IMG/VR virus record: IMGVR_UViG_3300010400_000008
Location: 1-56,745 of that record
Direction: 5' to 3' (one strand)
DNA length: 56,745 nt
Origin: a virus
Lineage: Duplodnaviria > Caudoviricetes
Both the position numbers and the translations under genes were made by a program. A model generated the notes under the pieces. The model did no database searches, was not told where the DNA came from, and saw nothing but the letters and a program-made list of their open reading frames with translations. Shown piece after piece: positions 1-9,197 of the stretch (positions are counted from its first letter, which is position 1; each line of letters begins with the position of its first letter).

Positions 1-123
1 ACGATCGCCGCCTCCGACGTGGGCGCCTACCCCAAGGCCGCCACGATCGAGATTCTGCCGGGCACGCATGCCACCGACGCGGTCTACCTCTACGCCGCCT
101 GGATCACCTACACCCGCAAGTAG
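1..123 (+). repeat. Terminal direct repeat (copy 1), probably assembly overlap of a circular contig
   Basis: ACGATCGCCGCC...CGCAAGTAG identical to 56623-56745; lies inside the last CDS. Confidence 0.95.
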
Positions 124-234
124 GCCTGCCCCGCATTCCCCGGATGGCCGGCGGGATTGGGCCGCCGGCCATCGCCCCTGACATCACCGACCATCCACCC
201 CACACGCGCGCCCCACGCGCAGGAGTAGACATCC

Positions 235-1428
235 ATGGCTCTGGAATTTCTGGACCTGATCGAGACCGTGCGCGCCAACGACGTGAGCGAGACGCGCCTC
301 TATCGTGGCGAGGGCATCCGTGCCCGGCGCAAGCAGGTCGACACCCGCTACCACGAGAAGTTCGACGAGGCGCTCGCGCTCTACAGCCGCGTGCTGGCCG
401 GCGACCGCTGGGCGGCGCTGACCTTCCAGGAGGCCCTCACCACCTCCGACTTCCCGCTGCTATTCGGCGACATCCTGGACCGCGCGCTCTTGGGCGCCTA
501 CCAGGAAGCCCCCTATACCTGGAATATGATCGCCAAGGCCGGCAGCGTGGCTGACTTCCGCCAGGTCAAGCGCTTCGCGATCGATGGCTCCGAGGCGGTG
601 CTGCCCGAGGTCTTGCAGCAGGCGCCCTACCCTGGGTCATCCCTGTCGGAGACGCGCTATCTCTATAGCGTCAGCAAGCACGGCCGGCGCATCCCGTTCA
701 GCTGGGAAACCATGCTGAACGACGACCTGGACGCGCTCAAAGACATCCCCAACCGCTACGGCAAAGCCGCGCGGCGGAGCGAGGAGAAGTTTGTCACGCA
801 GCTGTTCGCCGGCGCGACCGGCCCCGACGCGACGTTCTTCACCGTCGCGCACGGCAACGTGATCAGCCCCTCGGTCAACAGCGGTGTCAGCGACACCAAC
901 ACGGCCCTGTCGATCGCCGGGCTGCAGGATGCCTTCATTATCCTGGCCAGCCAGGTCGACACCGAGGGTGAGCCGATCGCGATCGACGGTGTCACGCTGG
1001 TCGTGCCGCCGGCGCTGGAGGTCACCGCCCAGAACCTCCTGAACGCGACCGAGATCCTGGTCGGCACGTTCCCGACGACCGGCAGCAATCAGCAGATCCG
1101 CGCGGTCAACTGGCTGGCCAAGCGGGTCAAGCTCGCGGTCAACTACTACCTGCCGATCGTGTCGCCGACCAACGGCAACACCTCCTGGTATCTGTTCGCG
1201 GACCCGAACGCGGGTCGGCCGGCGCTGGAGTTCGGCAAGCTGCGCGGGCACGAGAACCCCGAGATCTTCATCAAGACCCCGAACGCCCAGCGTGTGGGCG
1301 GCGGGATGATCAACCCGCTCGACGGCGACTTCGACACCGACAGCATCGAGTACAAGGTGCGGCACTGCTTTGGCGGCACGACCATGGAAGTGCGCATGGC
1401 CGTGGCCTCCAACGGGACCGGCAACTAG
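235..1428 (+). CDS. Major capsid protein, Mu gpT-like
   Basis: 397 aa; EALTTSDFPLLFGDILDRALLGAY and LVVPPALE motifs; GGAG RBS; follows protease and cement genes on the circle. Confidence 0.88.
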   Translation: MALEFLDLIETVRANDVSETRLYRGEGIRARRKQVDTRYHEKFDEALALYSRVLAGDRWAALTFQEALTTSDFPLLFGDILDRALLGAYQEAPYTWNMIAKAGSVADFRQVKRFAIDGSEAVLPEVLQQAPYPGSSLSETRYLYSVSKHGRRIPFSWETMLNDDLDALKDIPNRYGKAARRSEEKFVTQLFAGATGPDATFFTVAHGNVISPSVNSGVSDTNTALSIAGLQDAFIILASQVDTEGEPIAIDGVTLVVPPALEVTAQNLLNATEILVGTFPTTGSNQQIRAVNWLAKRVKLAVNYYLPIVSPTNGNTSWYLFADPNAGRPALEFGKLRGHENPEIFIKTPNAQRVGGGMINPLDGDFDTDSIEYKVRHCFGGTTMEVRMAVASNGTGN

Positions 1429-1628
1429 TGGCCACGCTGCCACCCGCGGTCAACGGCACCGAGCAGCGCCTCGACGCGCTGCTGGTCGAGCTCCGGGCGC
1501 TGCGCCAGGAGATCGCGCAGCGCCCGGCCCCGCCGGCCCCGCCGGCCCCACCCACGCCAGAGACCATCACGCTGCGCGAGCCGATCGCGCGCACACCGCC
1601 CGCGACCGCGAAGCCCAAGAGGCACTAA
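1428..1628 (+). CDS. Small Pro-rich virion-module protein
   Basis: 66 aa, overlaps capsid stop codon. Confidence 0.6.
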   Translation: MATLPPAVNGTEQRLDALLVELRALRQEIAQRPAPPAPPAPPTPETITLREPIARTPPATAKPKRH

Positions 1629-1629
1629 C

Positions 1630-2028
1630 GTGGCAGCCACCTACACCCCCGGCTCCGGCAGCAGCGCCGATCGCGTGCGCATGATCGTGCCCGATCGGGA
1701 CACCGACAACGCGATCTTTCAGGACGAGGAGATCGCCGATCTCCTCGTCACCGAGGGCGGCAACGTCAAGCGGGCGGCCGCCCTCGCACTGGAGACCATC
1801 GCCAGTGACGAGGCGCTGGTGCAGAAGGTGATTCGGACCGGGGATGTCCAGACCGATGGCGCCAAGACCGCGCAGGTGCTGCTGACCCGCGCCGCGCGCC
1901 TGCGCGACCAGGCCGACGCCGACGACGAGGCTGAGGAGGGCGGGGCGTTCGATGTGGCCGAGCAGGTCACTGATGTGTTCTCGGCGCGCGAGCGGCTGCG
2001 CAAGCAGGCGCAGCGACTGAGGCTCTGA
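1630..2028 (+). CDS. Head-tail adaptor-like protein
   Basis: DRVRMIVPDRD...IFQDEEIADLL pattern typical of adaptors; position after capsid. Confidence 0.65.
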   Translation: MAATYTPGSGSSADRVRMIVPDRDTDNAIFQDEEIADLLVTEGGNVKRAAALALETIASDEALVQKVIRTGDVQTDGAKTAQVLLTRAARLRDQADADDEAEEGGAFDVAEQVTDVFSARERLRKQAQRLRL

Positions 2029-2465
2029 TGGCGCTCTTCCATCCGCGCTGGATCGCCGGCCTGGCCCGGCACGCCGCCCTGATCGGCGTCGGCGGGCGAA
2101 CCTGGACCGCAATCGTGGCCACGGGCGATGGCTACAGCGACGATCGCCGCCTCCGGAGCGACGGCACGCGCACCCTGTTTATTGTGCGCAACCTGGTCGA
2201 CAAGGCGCGCATCAGCGCGGCCCTCACCCCGATCTTTACCGCCGACTGGCTGGCGATTGGCGCGGCCGACCTCGATCTGACCGCCGAGATGACCCTGGTC
2301 AGTGTGAGCACTCCCACGCTGGCCTTCAAAGTGGATGGCACGCCCGCGATCGACCACGGCTATCTGCTGGCGCCGCTCTCTCCCACCGCCGTGCCCGCGC
2401 TGGCAGCGGCCCAGCTCCGCCGCCTGCGCCAGGGCACGCAGCTGGGGACACGACAAGGATTTTAG
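2028..2465 (+). CDS. Putative head-closure/neck protein
   Basis: Coupled to upstream gene (TGATG); function from position only. Confidence 0.5.
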   Translation: MALFHPRWIAGLARHAALIGVGGRTWTAIVATGDGYSDDRRLRSDGTRTLFIVRNLVDKARISAALTPIFTADWLAIGAADLDLTAEMTLVSVSTPTLAFKVDGTPAIDHGYLLAPLSPTAVPALAAAQLRRLRQGTQLGTRQGF

Positions 2466-2467
2466 CT

Positions 2468-2740
2468 ATGCAGATCACGAGCGGTACCACGCCCACCGTT
2501 GTCTTCCTACTCGTATCGAGTGTGGACGACAAGACCGCTGTCACAGCCGCAACCCCGACCGTCACGCTGAGTAAGAACGGCGGCGCCTTCGCGGCGGCGA
2601 CCAACGCCGTGAGCGAGATCGCCAACGGCTGGTATAAGGTCGCGCTGACCGCGCTCGAAACCGGCACGGTGGGACCGCTGATCGTCCGCGCGACCGCGAC
2701 CGGCGCCGATGAGTGGCGCGATCTCCACCAGGTGGTCTAG
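2468..2740 (+). CDS. Small beta-rich (Ig-like) virion protein
   Basis: TVTLSKNGGAFAAATNAVSEIANGWYKVALTA motif seen in phage structural proteins. Confidence 0.55.
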   Translation: MQITSGTTPTVVFLLVSSVDDKTAVTAATPTVTLSKNGGAFAAATNAVSEIANGWYKVALTALETGTVGPLIVRATATGADEWRDLHQVV

Positions 2741-2772
2741 GAAAGCAGAAAGCGGAAAGATGAAAGCGGAAA
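2741..2772 (+). repeat. Heptamer tandem repeat GAAAG(C/A)N x4
   Basis: GAAAGCA GAAAGCG GAAAGAT GAAAGCG GAAA. Confidence 0.8.
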
Positions 2773-3017
2773 CGAGCGAGCCAACCGGCTGGATCTGCCC
2801 GCGCTGTGGACGAGCCAACGCGCCCTGGCGAGCGACGTGCGACTGTGTGGCGACGACGATGCGCCCAGCACCAACCTATCCGATCATGCCGCAGCCAGCC
2901 GTCTGGCCCGACTGGACCTACCGACCACAGCCGTGGTACTGGCCGCCGCTGATCACGGTCTCCACCCAGGGCACGGCCAGCGCCGACCTCAGCACGATAC
3001 GACAGGTGGTGTCATGA
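2760..3017 (+). CDS. Small Zn-finger protein
   Basis: GWICPRCGRANAPWRATCDC motif. Confidence 0.6.
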   Translation: MKAETSEPTGWICPRCGRANAPWRATCDCVATTMRPAPTYPIMPQPAVWPDWTYRPQPWYWPPLITVSTQGTASADLSTIRQVVS

Positions 3018-3382
3018 CCGAGCCAACCTACACGCCCGCAGATGACATCTATGAACCCTACAGCGATGGCTCAGGCCTGGCGCTCATAGCGCCGGCCGGC
3101 GTGCCGATGCCCTACACACGCGCCGTGATGCTCGGTCTCGTGCCAGAGCAGTGGCACCGCTACGCCGATGGCGTATGGGAAAGCGGGCCGCTGCTGCCGG
3201 GCGAGACCAACGAGGAAGCCATGGCGCGCGTTACCGCCACCCTGCGCGGCGTGGACGTGCCGCCGGGCGACCTGGCGGCCAGCCTGGCGAGCCCTGGCAG
3301 CATCCTGAACGACGAAATCCGCGACACGCAGGGCACGGTTGTCCTGCGGGCGAAGGGCAAACGCCATGCCCCTGACCTATGA
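3014..3382 (+). CDS. Hypothetical protein
   Basis: ATGA overlap with upstream gene, AGGTGG RBS. Confidence 0.55.
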   Translation: MTEPTYTPADDIYEPYSDGSGLALIAPAGVPMPYTRAVMLGLVPEQWHRYADGVWESGPLLPGETNEEAMARVTATLRGVDVPPGDLAASLASPGSILNDEIRDTQGTVVLRAKGKRHAPDL

Positions 3383-3839
3383 CGACACTTCCGCGCTGGC
3401 CGGCATTGATCGCCTGCTCGGCATCATCGACGAGTCGGCGCGCGATGGCCTGGACGACGCCGCGCCGCTGATGGAGACGCATCTGGCGGATACCCAGGCC
3501 CACGGCGATCGCAGCGGCGCCACGCGCGCCAGCTACCGCGCCTATCCCATCGGCCCCGATCGCGACGGGAGTGCTGCGGCCACCTCGGGCTACGCCGCCG
3601 CGGCCGACCATCTCGCGCAATTTAAGGGGCCGCACGCCGGCCACGCGCAGCGCGACGACAGCGGCGTGACACTCGCGCAGGACCAGCGCGGCATCATTCT
3701 GACCGCCTATACGGACTACCAGGACGAGCTGGAGCAGGACAACGCCGGCGCCAGGGCGACGCTCGGGCCGACGTTGCAGCAGGACGCGAGCCAGGCGACC
3801 GCTGCCGTCGCCAGGGCGTCGAAGGCACGGCTGGGCTAG
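3366..3839 (+). CDS. Putative neck/tail-completion protein (HK97 gp10-like position)
   Basis: 157 aa; AHGDRSGATRASY motif and position. Confidence 0.55.
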   Translation: MPLTYDDTSALAGIDRLLGIIDESARDGLDDAAPLMETHLADTQAHGDRSGATRASYRAYPIGPDRDGSAAATSGYAAAADHLAQFKGPHAGHAQRDDSGVTLAQDQRGIILTAYTDYQDELEQDNAGARATLGPTLQQDASQATAAVARASKARLG

Positions 3840-4426
3840 GGCGCGGGGATGAGGAGCACGTCGCTGCCGAGATGGCGTATGAGATCGCGCGGGGAAGCCT
3901 TTAGCAGCGCGGTGAGTTCGACCTCGTAGTACGGCGACCCTTGCACGACCCCGATGCCGCGCGCCCCCAGGCGCAACAGACGGAGTGGCACCCCATTCTC
4001 GATTGCCTCCTCGTTACGTCCGCCCCGGCTCTGCTGGAGGACTGCCCGCTCGCACGCAACATCCACGAAGCGATCGGGCGGCGTGAGGCGAATGTGGCGA
4101 ACGATACCAACGTCGCCTTCAAACGAGAACTCGCGCGCTACCCGAACCACCGTGTCTGATGGCCCTACCTCCTCTATGCGCAAAAAGCGCGCGTACCCGT
4201 TCTGATCCTCGACCACGCGCCACCCGGTATCAACCCCCACGACCGGCATGGACGGCGGCACGGGATGGAGAACCGAGGGACTCGCCGGCTGCAACGCCAG
4301 CAGCTGCGCGACCAGGTCGCAGGCCTCCAAGAGTCGCGACGGATCGACGCCCTGCCAGCGCTCGGCCTGGACTTCTGCGGCGGCGCGGGTGGTTTCTAGC
4401 CAGGATGGGATGTCAGCGATGTTCAT
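3836..4426 (-). CDS. Hypothetical protein (counter-oriented insert, gene 2)
   Basis: 196 aa, AGGAG RBS, ATGA overlap with 4423-4737. Confidence 0.6.
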   Translation of the reverse strand: MNIADIPSWLETTRAAAEVQAERWQGVDPSRLLEACDLVAQLLALQPASPSVLHPVPPSMPVVGVDTGWRVVEDQNGYARFLRIEEVGPSDTVVRVAREFSFEGDVGIVRHIRLTPPDRFVDVACERAVLQQSRGGRNEEAIENGVPLRLLRLGARGIGVVQGSPYYEVELTALLKASPRDLIRHLGSDVLLIPAP

Positions 4427-4737
4427 GATGGCTCCTGGACCAGGCGTCTGAAGTATTCCACACGCCTGGCCGTTTCAGCGGCCGATCGTTCATAGATCGG
4501 CGGCTCGCAACAGTCCTCAATGCACGCACCGATCGCGACACAGCGAGCGGCATGCTTGTCGGGGAAGTGAGTCGGGTCGTTGTGGGAGCCCATCTGCCAG
4601 CCTTCACAGTAGGACTCGCCACAGGCGCAGGGGCATGCCTCGCGGCCCATGTGACGCAACGTTTCCAGTGTGACACCGCTGCGCGCGCAGTAGCCCGCCT
4701 CAAAGTCGTCCTTCGTCAGCCCGCTGTTCTGTTCCAT
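4423..4737 (-). CDS. Cys-rich hypothetical protein (counter-oriented insert, gene 1)
   Basis: FEAGYCARSG...CPCACGESYCEGW; preceded by extended -10. Confidence 0.65.
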   Translation of the reverse strand: MEQNSGLTKDDFEAGYCARSGVTLETLRHMGREACPCACGESYCEGWQMGSHNDPTHFPDKHAARCVAIGACIEDCCEPPIYERSAAETARRVEYFRRLVQEPS

Positions 4738-4743
4738 ACCAAA

Positions 4744-4752
4744 AGTGTAGCA
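4744..4752 (-). promoter_or_regulatory. Extended -10 promoter for a leaderless transcript
   Basis: TG-C-TACACT ending 6 nt before the ATG at 4737. Confidence 0.55.
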
Positions 4753-4763
4753 CAGGTATTTCG

Positions 4764-5180
4764 ATGGCGCTTTCCCCCGCCGACATTACCGCCTCCTTCT
4801 TCGCAGTCCTGAAGAGCAGTACCGCCGGCGCCGCCGTGCGCGCAGCCCTGGGCGCCCAGGGCGCAAGCGTCATCCCCGCCGACGACCTCAAGACCGCCGG
4901 CCTCGTCTTCCCGCTCGTCGCCCTGCGCGCCGGCCCCATCACCGGCGAGCGCTACCAGCCGCGCGCCTGTTTCTTCACCTGGTGGGTCTACGACGAGGCA
5001 ATCAAGCGCTTCACCCGCATCAATCAGATCTTGCCCCTGATCGAGGCGGCCTACACCGCCCACATCATCGCCTACGGCCGCACCGACCTCGCCGGCGGCA
5101 TCTCGCAGGAGATCCCCGAGGACCGCGCGCTGGGGCGGCCCACCCGATCGATCACCTTCACCTATACCACCCGCCGGTAA
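4764..5180 (+). CDS. Tail terminator-like protein
   Basis: 138 aa directly before the tail tube gene. Confidence 0.55.
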   Translation: MALSPADITASFFAVLKSSTAGAAVRAALGAQGASVIPADDLKTAGLVFPLVALRAGPITGERYQPRACFFTWWVYDEAIKRFTRINQILPLIEAAYTAHIIAYGRTDLAGGISQEIPEDRALGRPTRSITFTYTTRR

Positions 5181-5264
5181 AGCGGAAAATCGAAAGCTGA
5201 AAGATGAAAACCTGGCTTTCGATCGCCCCTCGTCTTTCCGTTTTCAGCTTTCAGCTTTCAGCTT
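5179..5264. repeat. Inverted heptamer arrays forming a hairpin
   Basis: GAAAATC GAAAGCT GAAAGAT ... CTTTCCG TTTTCAG CTTTCAG CTTTCAG. Confidence 0.75.
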
Positions 5265-5276
5265 GAGGAGATCCCC

Positions 5277-6077
5277 ATGGCCGACCCCAATTTCTTTGGC
5301 TTCGACGCGACCGACGGCAAGGTGCAGCTGGCCAGCGCGGCCATCAGCTGTACCTTCACCGACACCGGCGATCTCGTCACCGCGAGCGCCCATGGCCTGG
5401 CCAACGGCACCGTTGTCGTGTTCCAGACCAAGGTCACGACCACGGGCCTGACGACGTTTGTCGAGTACTTCGTGATCAGCAGCACGACCAACACCTTCCA
5501 GATCGCCGCAACCTACGGCGGCAGCGCGGTCGCATTGACGACCGATGGCACCGGCACCTACAAGAGCATCGTCGAGGTCGATCTGCTGTTTCTGAATAAG
5601 GCCACGCCCAGCGCGGACAGCAAAGAGTTCACCTATGAGGGCGACGGCCTCACCCGCAAGCGCAAGAAAACCACCGGCTACCAGGTCGTGCTGGCGGCTG
5701 ACTGCCTGACCCAGGACGCGCGCGAAACGATCTACGCCAAGACGCCCATCACGACCGGCCTGCCGGCTGCCTACACCCGCGCGATCTACGAGGGCGACAC
5801 GACCGAGACCAACGGCGTCTCGTGTGGCATCTGGATCGAGGGCACCGCCACCAAGGTGGACGCCACGACCGGCATCGAGAGCCAGGTCACGACGCGGCGC
5901 TGGTGGCCCGTGGGGACACTCAGCTACGACGGCCCACCCGAGCAGCAGACCGCCGACAAGTTCGGCCTCGACCAGTACACCTTCACGGCCTCGAAAACAT
6001 CGGTGGATATCTGCGGCGGCGCGCTGCCCGCGACCATCCCCAGCGGCGGCGTGTTCCAGGTGTTCATGGAGAAGTAG
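5277..6077 (+). CDS. Major tail (tube) protein
   Basis: 266 aa, Thr/Gly rich, GAGGAG RBS, precedes chaperones and tape measure. Confidence 0.75.
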   Translation: MADPNFFGFDATDGKVQLASAAISCTFTDTGDLVTASAHGLANGTVVVFQTKVTTTGLTTFVEYFVISSTTNTFQIAATYGGSAVALTTDGTGTYKSIVEVDLLFLNKATPSADSKEFTYEGDGLTRKRKKTTGYQVVLAADCLTQDARETIYAKTPITTGLPAAYTRAIYEGDTTETNGVSCGIWIEGTATKVDATTGIESQVTTRRWWPVGTLSYDGPPEQQTADKFGLDQYTFTASKTSVDICGGALPATIPSGGVFQVFMEK

Positions 6078-6097
6078 GCCACCGAACCGACTCGCCG

Positions 6098-6125
6098 GAA
6101 AAGTGGACCAATTGGTCCACTTTTC
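6098..6125. repeat. 28-bp perfect palindrome (family A, copy 1)
   Basis: GAAAAGTGGACCAATTGGTCCACTTTTC, plus an extra half-site TTGGTCCACTTT at 6131. Confidence 0.9.
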
Positions 6126-6190
6126 GGCCCTTGGTCCACTTTCCCCCCCCGCTTGACACTTCACTTGACATCACCCCAATGGAGGCCCCT

Positions 6191-6634
6191 ATGGCGCTAC
6201 GCAAAGAGTTTCTCCTCGCCAACGGCACGCCAGCCGTGTTCGAGATGCCCGATATGCTGGCCCTCATCAGCGGCAATGTCGACATCCCCAACAGCGCGCT
6301 GGCCGATGTCCTCGATCTCGCGCTGGGCGGATCGTTCGCAGCCGACGCGGATGAGCAGCTGGCCGGCAACAAGCGCTACGTCCGTGCGGTCTACGAGCTC
6401 GCAGCGCTCTGCCTCGTGACACCGAAGGTCTATATCCCACGCGGCAAGAAGGTGCGCCCGCTACGCGAGGGCGAGATCGGCACGCAGGATCTGGCCTGGG
6501 CGGAGGTGGTGACGCTGTACAACTGGTTTCGCTACGGCGTTCCCGCAAGCCTACCCGCTGCCGCGCCTCTCCAGCCTGGAGTCGGTGACGCAACTGCACC
6601 AGCTGGCGACGACCTACCACACGACGCCGAGTAG
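6191..6634 (+). CDS. Tail assembly chaperone (G-like)
   Basis: GGAGG RBS; between tube and tape measure genes. Confidence 0.7.
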   Translation: MALRKEFLLANGTPAVFEMPDMLALISGNVDIPNSALADVLDLALGGSFAADADEQLAGNKRYVRAVYELAALCLVTPKVYIPRGKKVRPLREGEIGTQDLAWAEVVTLYNWFRYGVPASLPAAAPLQPGVGDATAPAGDDLPHDAE

Positions 6635-6785
6635 CTACGCCGGCCTCAGTGGCGTGCAGGCGCTCCTCTTCGACGCTGCGGTGCAGGCGGCTCACATCCT
6701 GACCGTACCTGCCAGCCCGGCCGTAGCGAGCGCCAAGCCGCACCGACCACCCTGGGACCCCCGCGCACCGATCGAGATGGGATAG
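6528..6785 (+). CDS. Tail assembly chaperone frameshift extension (T-like)
   Basis: +1 frame open 6513-6785; TGG TTT CGC candidate shift site at 6524-6532. Confidence 0.6.
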   Translation, partial: FATAFPQAYPLPRLSSLESVTQLHQLATTYHTTPSSYAGLSGVQALLFDAAVQAAHILTVPASPAVASAKPHRPPWDPRAPIEMG

Positions 6786-6791
6786 AGCGCT

Positions 6792-9197
6792 ATGTCTGGA
6801 TTCGACGCCGGCGCAGCGGTCGCCAAATACACGATCGACTACGGCCAGGCCCGTGAGGCGGGCGCCGCGCTGCACTCGATCTATGCTGGCCTGCGGCAAG
6901 ACAGCGCGGCGCTGGGCACGGCATCGCGCCAGGTCGAGACCGGCTTCACGAGCCAGTCAGCGGCGGCGCGGAAGGCGCTCGCTGACTTCGAGCGGCTCGA
7001 TCGGCAGTACACCGCTATCCGGGATAGCGAGATCCGCGCGGCCCGTGCATCGGGCGACCACGCCAAGGCGCTGGAGCTCATTGATGTGCAGCTGAAAGCC
7101 GCCATCCCCGGCACGACGCGCTATAACACCCTGCTCGCGCAGCAGGCAACGGTGACACGGCAGGCCGCACAGGCCCAAGGCGGCGGCGACGGGCTGAGCG
7201 GCAGTCTGCTCGGCGTTGCCGGATCGCTCGTAGTGGCTGCTGGAGGGTTTACCCTCGTGACGCGCGCCGTCCAGAGCTTCGCCGACGCCTTTGATTTCAA
7301 GGTCAAGCTCGACGCGACCAACCTATCAATCAGCAACCAGCTGCGCGGCGTGCGCGATCTCGGCCAAACCTTTGGCGAGGCGCGGCAGTTCGGCGAGCGC
7401 TACAAAATTACCCAGGCTGAAACCAGCGAGATACTCCAGAACTCTATTGGTGTGTTGCGCTCATCGACGAGCAGCGTTGCCGAGCTCGAGTCGGTCCTGA
7501 TCCGGCTTCAATCCCGCGACCCTTCGAAGCCCATCAGCGAGGCCGCCAGGGCACTGCGCGAGCTCAACACCGGCGATGTCACGACGATCAAGGAGATCTT
7601 CAATATCGGCGCCGCTGATGCGCTCAGAATGAAGAATGAGATCGCCAAAGGCGGCGACGCGGTGCAAGTGCTTTCCGCGTTCCTCACCAGCGCGGGCAAT
7701 GGCATGGAGGTGCTGGATCAGCGGACACAGGGTATCGTCGGCAAGCTCAACGACGCGACGGTTCAGGCTGAGAAGTTCCAGTTGGCGCTGGCGGGCAAGG
7801 CCGGCGGGCCTGGTGCAGTGCTCCTCGACTTCAAGACGAATCTGTTCAAAGAGTTCACTGCTATTTTGAGTGGTGACTTCTCGGAGATCGAGGCCCGCAA
7901 CCGCAAAAACGAGCTGGCGCAGCTGGCCTACAACGACGCAATCGCGCAGGGTAAAAACGATGCCGAGGCCTACGCCGTCGCGCAAGGCATCCTGAACGGT
8001 ACGACCAAGACCGTAGACGATCTGACGCTTGAAGCGGTCAACGCGCTGCGGCAGCGGGTGCTGGCAAGCGGCCCGGCAATCACCGGCATGCAGCAGGAGA
8101 TCAGCGGCGCGATCGCCGCCGGGAACGCTGCGCGCCAGCATGCGGACGCATTGGGCGCGCAAACCGTTAAGACCCTGCAAGCAAATGCAGAGGCGGAGAA
8201 GCAGCGGCGTGTAATGGCTCTGATTGCGCAGCAATCGGGGCTGGTCCAGAAGGGCTTTATCACCCAGGCGCAGGGCGTCGCGGTGTTACGCGGCGAGCTC
8301 GGCAGTGCCGCCGATGAGGCGCTACGGCTCCAGGCGGAGCTGGGGCGCGCGGCGGCTGTTTCTGCCCAGAAAGACGCGCCGACCACCAGCGCCGAGCGGA
8401 GCTTGCTGGCGAAGGCCAACGCCGGTCAGGGCGACGCAAGCGAACGCCTGAAAAAGGAAAAGGCGTTCCGTGATGCACAAAAGCAGTTCCAGCAGGATCT
8501 GCTCCGCTTCGACTCACCCGCCGCGCAGCTGGCCGCCAAGCGGCGCGAGCTGGCCGGCATCGCCGCCGACGACCCCAAGCGCTTCACGGTGCAGCTCGAC
8601 ATCCGCCGCCTCCAGGAGCAGATCGAGGCGGAGCGCCTGCGCACTGCCAAGTCGCATACCTCCGAACTTAATAAGCAGCTCGGCCTGAACGAGTCGATCT
8701 ACGACAGCCAGCAAAAGCAGCTCGACGCGCAGCTGAAGGGGCAGGAGCTGGCCATCCGCAACCGCCAGGAGACCCGCAAAGAGGACCAGGAGCTGCGCAT
8801 CAATCAGAACGCCCTGGCCCACGCCAAAGACCCGCGCTTTCGGGCGGCCGCCCAGGACGCGATCGACCTGATCAACGTCCACCGCCAGCAGCGGGCGCTC
8901 GACCTCGCGCAGAACGGCGCTATCACAGCCGCCCCGATCGTCAACGGGCGCCTGTTGCAGAGCCTGGCCGGCGGCGGCACCCCTGGCGCGCCCGCCAGCG
9001 CCGGCGCCGGTCCCCTGTCGGGCGGGCGCCCAGGCGGCGGCGCCACCCCCGGCGCAGCGGGCGGTATCACCATCATCAATCAATTCCAGCTCGACGGCAA
9101 AACCGTGCTGGAGGTCATCAACCCGCTTATCGCGCAGCAGCTGCTCGACGCCATCACGGGGCGCGGCAACAGCGGCGGCGCGCAGGTGGCCTCATGA
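6792..9197 (+). CDS. Tape measure protein
   Basis: 801 aa Ala/Gln-rich helical protein after the chaperones. Confidence 0.85.
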   Translation: MSGFDAGAAVAKYTIDYGQAREAGAALHSIYAGLRQDSAALGTASRQVETGFTSQSAAARKALADFERLDRQYTAIRDSEIRAARASGDHAKALELIDVQLKAAIPGTTRYNTLLAQQATVTRQAAQAQGGGDGLSGSLLGVAGSLVVAAGGFTLVTRAVQSFADAFDFKVKLDATNLSISNQLRGVRDLGQTFGEARQFGERYKITQAETSEILQNSIGVLRSSTSSVAELESVLIRLQSRDPSKPISEAARALRELNTGDVTTIKEIFNIGAADALRMKNEIAKGGDAVQVLSAFLTSAGNGMEVLDQRTQGIVGKLNDATVQAEKFQLALAGKAGGPGAVLLDFKTNLFKEFTAILSGDFSEIEARNRKNELAQLAYNDAIAQGKNDAEAYAVAQGILNGTTKTVDDLTLEAVNALRQRVLASGPAITGMQQEISGAIAAGNAARQHADALGAQTVKTLQANAEAEKQRRVMALIAQQSGLVQKGFITQAQGVAVLRGELGSAADEALRLQAELGRAAAVSAQKDAPTTSAERSLLAKANAGQGDASERLKKEKAFRDAQKQFQQDLLRFDSPAAQLAAKRRELAGIAADDPKRFTVQLDIRRLQEQIEAERLRTAKSHTSELNKQLGLNESIYDSQQKQLDAQLKGQELAIRNRQETRKEDQELRINQNALAHAKDPRFRAAAQDAIDLINVHRQQRALDLAQNGAITAAPIVNGRLLQSLAGGGTPGAPASAGAGPLSGGRPGGGATPGAAGGITIINQFQLDGKTVLEVINPLIAQQLLDAITGRGNSGGAQVAS

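Noticed and set aside
1-123. End repeat as a biological fixed terminal repeat
   Set aside because: It falls in the 3' end of a structural gene far from the terminase; more simply an assembly overlap
6098-6125. Perfect palindrome as a protelomerase (telRL) site of a linear phage-plasmid
   Set aside because: It is multi-copy and short, and neither recombinase has protelomerase size or motifs
6153-6170. Two TTGACA boxes as a strong promoter before the tail chaperone
   Set aside because: No acceptable -10 at 16-18 bp from either copy
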